Shown here piece after piece: positions 59,635 through 64,000 of a stretch of 64,000 nt of DNA; the stretch's first letter is position 1, and each line of letters begins with the position of its first letter. The DNA is taken from NCBI GenBank assembly GCA_013239625.1, contig MU054032.1, forward strand, positions 124,001-188,000, read 5' to 3'. The translations under genes and the position numbers were made by a program. Below the pieces are notes generated by a model. It had not been told where the DNA came from. It did not search any database and was given only the letters and a program-made list of their open reading frames with translations. Origin of the DNA: Lama guanicoe. Its lineage: Eukaryota.

Positions 59635-60544
59635 AAAAAGTTTTTTTAATAAAAGAAATAATCTATTTATATACTGATATGTGATTTTAAATGTTAATAA
59701 ATACTGCCAATCCTTAAAACTAACCCAATAAAGTGTATCAATACTTAAGATGAAGAAATCAAAGTCACACAGTTAATAAGTGACAAAAATCATATTTAAA
59801 TTCAGATCTAACTCTAAATTTGACAATCTGTATAGAACACAATGCTGCCTTCCTTTGCTTAATCGTAACTGAATCCCTAACATTAGCTTAATTACATTTA
59901 TTAGGATATATATGTTAAATGTCTACTGGATAGACTTAAGGTGCTTTATCAGGTGTTTTGGAGAATAATAAACTGAATAACACTCTTTACCTTTACAGGT
60001 TTACACTCCAGCAATGAAGATAAGATAGTCACCTAAATGATTCTAACACAATGCAAAATTATATAAATATCACATATGAAGTACAAAATATTAGGAGGCT
60101 AAGAAAAAATGTCCCCTTTGGGGCAGGGAGGTGGAAAGATTAGAAGATTTATACAAGAGGTAGCATTTCAGCTGAACTTCTGCAAGTTTTGACTGTGAGC
60201 TCTTGGAAGGGCGACAGTCATGCCTTAGCCCCAGATTCTGGCATGCTGGAACTATTTAATGAATGTGGGTAGAGGGAATAAATGAACAGAAAGGCCATTA
60301 CAAAAGGAAGCGGTAACAACAAAAAAGGATCACCGGCTAAATACTATATGAGACACAACAACAAAAGGATTAGAGAATGGGAGGGGTGTGAATATGAACA
60401 TAAATATTTGGAAAATAAGTATCAAGTAACTCATCATGACTCTTATTGCATTTTGGCTCCCGTATCTCCCATTTATTAAGAAAATTCCCTCACACTATCA
60501 CCATCCTCTACCAGCCTTTACTTCATTTCTCTGCTATCTTTTTA

Positions 60545-61640
60545 AAATCACTTTATTGAGATATAATTTATATACCACATAATTAACCCATTTAAAGTGT
60601 AAATTCAGTGGTATTTAGATTACAGAGTTGTGTAACCATCATCACAATAAATTTTAGGACATTTTTATTACCCCAAAAAGAAACCCAATACCCACTACCA
60701 GTCACTCCTCATTTTCCCCCACCGTCCCCTTCCACTCCAGCCCTCGGCACTACTAATCTGCTTTCTGTCCTCTGTCTTTCTGTCTATTCTGGACATTTCA
60801 TATAAATGGAAGCAGCAAATACGTTGACCTTTGAACAACACAGGTTTGAACTGCACGGGTTCCCTTATACGTGGAATTTTTTTCAATGGTAAATACTATA
60901 ATAAATATATGTATATAAATTACCTATTTAAATATGTACAAGTGCTGTAGCACAGTGCAATCTGCTGTTGGTTGAGTCTGAGGATGCAGAACTATGGATA
61001 CAGAGGAACCACACACTCAGAGGACTGACTGTAGCTTATACATGAATTTTCAACTGCAGAGGGCTGGTGCCCCTAAGCTCTGCATGTTCAAGGGTCAAAT
61101 GTACGTGGTCTTTTGTGAGCAGCTTCTTCCACTAGCATGTTTCCAAGGTTCATCTATTTTGTAGAATGTATCAGTACTCTATTACTTTTTATTGCTGAAT
61201 AAAATTCCAAAATTCCATTGTATGGGGATATATAATATTTTACTTATCCATTCACCAGTCGATGGATATTTGGGTTGTTTCCACTTTTTGGCTATTATGA
61301 ACAATGCTATTATGAACACTGATGTACAGATTTTTGTGTGAATGTATGTTTTACTATCTCTTGGGTATATACCTAGAAGTGTGTTTAAACCTTATGAGGA
61401 ACTGCCAAACTATTTTCCAAAGCAGATGTGTCATTTTACATCCCCACTAGCAGTGTATACAGGGCCTAATTACCCCACATTATTATCTGTTTTTGATTAC
61501 AGCCATATTGTGGGTGTGAAGTGGTATCTCACTGTGGTTTTGAGTTCCTTGATGGTCAATGATGCTGGACATCTTTTCATGGCTATTTGTAGATAGTCCT
61601 TGGAGAAACATTCAGCTCTTCTGGCCATTTTTTAAATTGG
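60545..61640 (-). mobile_element. Old LINE-1 (L1MB-like) 3' region
   Basis: ctttattgagatataatt, tattctggacatttcatataaatgga, gatggatatttgggttgtttccactttttggctattatgaa. Confidence 0.85.
60822..61101. mobile_element. Tigger2-family MITE (MER8/MER28-like) nested in an L1
   Basis: TIRs cgttgacctttgaacaac ... catgttcaagggtcaaatg flanked by TA on both sides. Confidence 0.8.
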
Positions 61641-64000
61641 ATTCTGCTCTTCAACTTAATCAAAGTTCTTAAAAGATTACTCTAGACACACCATCTAAAC
61701 TTCCTTACCTTCTTTCACTCATTAACCCACTCCAGCCTTGCTTTTGTTCCCCACTCTAAAATTGCTCATCAAAATCACCAACCACCTCTACACTGACAAA
61801 ATCAATTATGATTCAAAATTCTTCATCTTCCAGAATAAAACTCTGGTTTGTTTGCACACCTGCATTTTAATTCTAACTGACTTCTTATTCTAATCTATAT
61901 TTCTCCTTGCCCTGTTTCTTTTCTATATTTTTCCGTTTTATAGCATAGTTTCTTATATGAGACATGCAAACCGACAACCAAAGGGTATATCCAGAGAACT
62001 GCAGGTAACACAACTGGCTAGAGCAGGAGGAAGGCAATGAACTCACAGGGAGGGGAGGCAAGGAAGATAAGGAAAGGCTGCATAAATAACGGGTATTGGG
62101 CTAAAGATTTGGACTTTGTTTAGCAGGTAATACATAGCCATTGCAAGTTTTTGTACAAGAAATGCTCAGTACTAACTAGATTGCTGGAATGTTGGAAGAT
62201 TATCCTGGTAGCAGGTATAAAACTACTTCAGAGCAAGGGGTAGGGGGTGGAGAAATAGGCGGCAAAGAGATCACAGGGGATGTTTTTAACAGTAGTAATG
62301 AGGGCATAAGGTCGTATCGTAGAACTAAAAAAAGAAAGGAGGGATCAATGGAAAGACATTACCACTAAATTTTAGCCAACTGAGTTAATTTCATTACTGA
62401 TAATGGAACTATCAGCTGCCCCCAGTCAAAAGACTTTAGACTTTAAAAGTCCCACTACATCTGATTTGATAGAAACTGGATGAAAATGCAGTAAACACAC
62501 AAAAACTGTCTCTCCCTGTTAGAAGTATAAACAATTGTAGTACCGCATCCCACTCTCTTCTTCCCTGAGCAAATAATTCTGAAAATTTCAGGTAACTCAA
62601 GCTTCTTAAAGAGCGAAGATCTGGCAATGCCCACCAGTCAGTTCTACTCATTGACCCTGCACTGCCCAACCCATGTGTCTTCAATACGTTAAGATTGAGA
62701 AGAAATAGAAATTTACGCAAAATGGACTGGGGAAGGCAAAATACCCAAGTTAAACACAGTTCCTTTTCTTTTTTTCCAAAGGGAATGGTTGTTGATGCTC
62801 TGAGGAGTTAAATTATAATAACACATGCCAGGAAGATGATGTCAGGGAAGGCGTGGTTAGGCTCTTTACAAGTCTGAAATTCCTTTAGTCCCAAACACTT
62901 CCTCTTTCAATCTCACCTATACTCAAATCTCTCCACTGAGGCAACTGTTTCAAAAGTTGAAGGAACAGTGTTGAGACCCTAGAACTCTGATCTTTTTAGC
63001 TTCAGTCTTTTTTTTTTTAAGAACCAAAAATAATTGAAGGCCATTAAAATAGTTTTTTAATAAAATGTAACATATTATTTTGCAGAATCTTTCTTTGAAA
63101 TCGACATTTTCCCCCTACTGTGACTATTTTAATTCCAACGAAAGGAATGGATATTCAACACTACATCCTGAGAAAGAACATGCCTTTATTAGGCATTATC
63201 CATTTGTTGCTTATATTCCTATATTTACAACAGTCAAAAAAGAATAAGAAAACTATGATTGTCATGAGCTTCTCAGGAAGCAACTTCCCTGATAAAGTAT
63301 ACAAATATGTCTCAAAATTTTAAAAATCCAACTCTTTAAAGACAAATAAAATGAATAAAGTCACAACAGTGGCATACAAATAGCTTTTCAAACTGAGCTC
63401 ACTGGGAATTATTTTTATTTCACCAACCAGAATTAATGACTACAGAATACACGATGTAAAAATGCTCCTTGAAGAAAGCAGATCTCTACAAATCTATTAT
63501 TTCTAGATTTTGCTATAACATAATGATGGATGGTATAAGCAGATATTTATAATTTGTACTCTTCCAAAAGTTTAGAAATTTATTGTTCTTTATCTTAGTT
63601 TTTTAAGCATTCTGGACAGGTCCAAAAACTTTATTACATAGACTTGTCCTACTTGAGAAATAGAGTTCTTAACAGAAGTGGCAAATAAGCCAATGTCAAA
63701 AATAAAATCTTCCTCTGTCACAGAAAAAAGTCTGATAGAATACATACAGAAAACTGCTACTAGTTATTTCTCTTAAGGGGTAGAATTTGGGTAAGGAACT
63801 TCTGGACATGAAGGGAAGACCTGATTTTTTATTTTATATACCTCTTTATGCTTAATTTTAAAAGTAGGCATTTCTTACATTTATTACTAAAAACTAATGA
63901 AAGTTATTTTTAATATTTAACCTTGGGTATAAAAATGCACAAATTACACAAGCAGATTCATCTAAAACATTCTTCCCAAAAGAGGAATGAACACAGTAAG

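Noticed and set aside
41563..64000. RBMS2 exon 1 or another gene in the right third
   Set aside because: I found no sequence encoding the expected MLLSVTSRPG-like N-terminus, no CpG island and no spliced ORF; the region reads as intron 1.

Overview
Mammalian genomic DNA, most likely a camelid (Camelus/Vicugna), judged from four tRNA-Ala(AGC)-derived SINEs of vic-1 type and young lineage-type L1 3' ends. The window holds two convergent (tail-to-tail) spliced genes. BAZ2A/TIP5 (NoRC subunit) is on + with 28 coding exons from 504 to 16664 (5769 nt, 1922 aa by my hand-spliced model, all GT-AG and phase-consistent) and a 3' UTR to about 19270. RBMS2 is on - with coding exons 2-13 from 41562 down to 25077, a non-coding last exon from 24963 to about 19600, and exon 1 beyond the right edge. 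The remainder is intron filled with L1, L2, MIR, SINE, hAT, Tigger and ERVL remnants. I found no prokaryote-type system (no CRISPR array, operon or intact transposon) and nothing I can support as a new biological system. The best leads are RNA-processing features: a 90-nt exitron, a cluster of PTC-creating splice sites after exon 3 and two stop-free in-frame introns in BAZ2A; coding tandem duplications; miR-99/100 sites; inverted SINEs flanking RBMS2 exons 2-9; a CpG-rich candidate internal promoter in RBMS2; and an apparent Pro>Ser change in RBMS2 RRM1. Exon numbers follow my recollection of the human gene models. Repeat subfamily names are recalled from consensus sequences, not searched.
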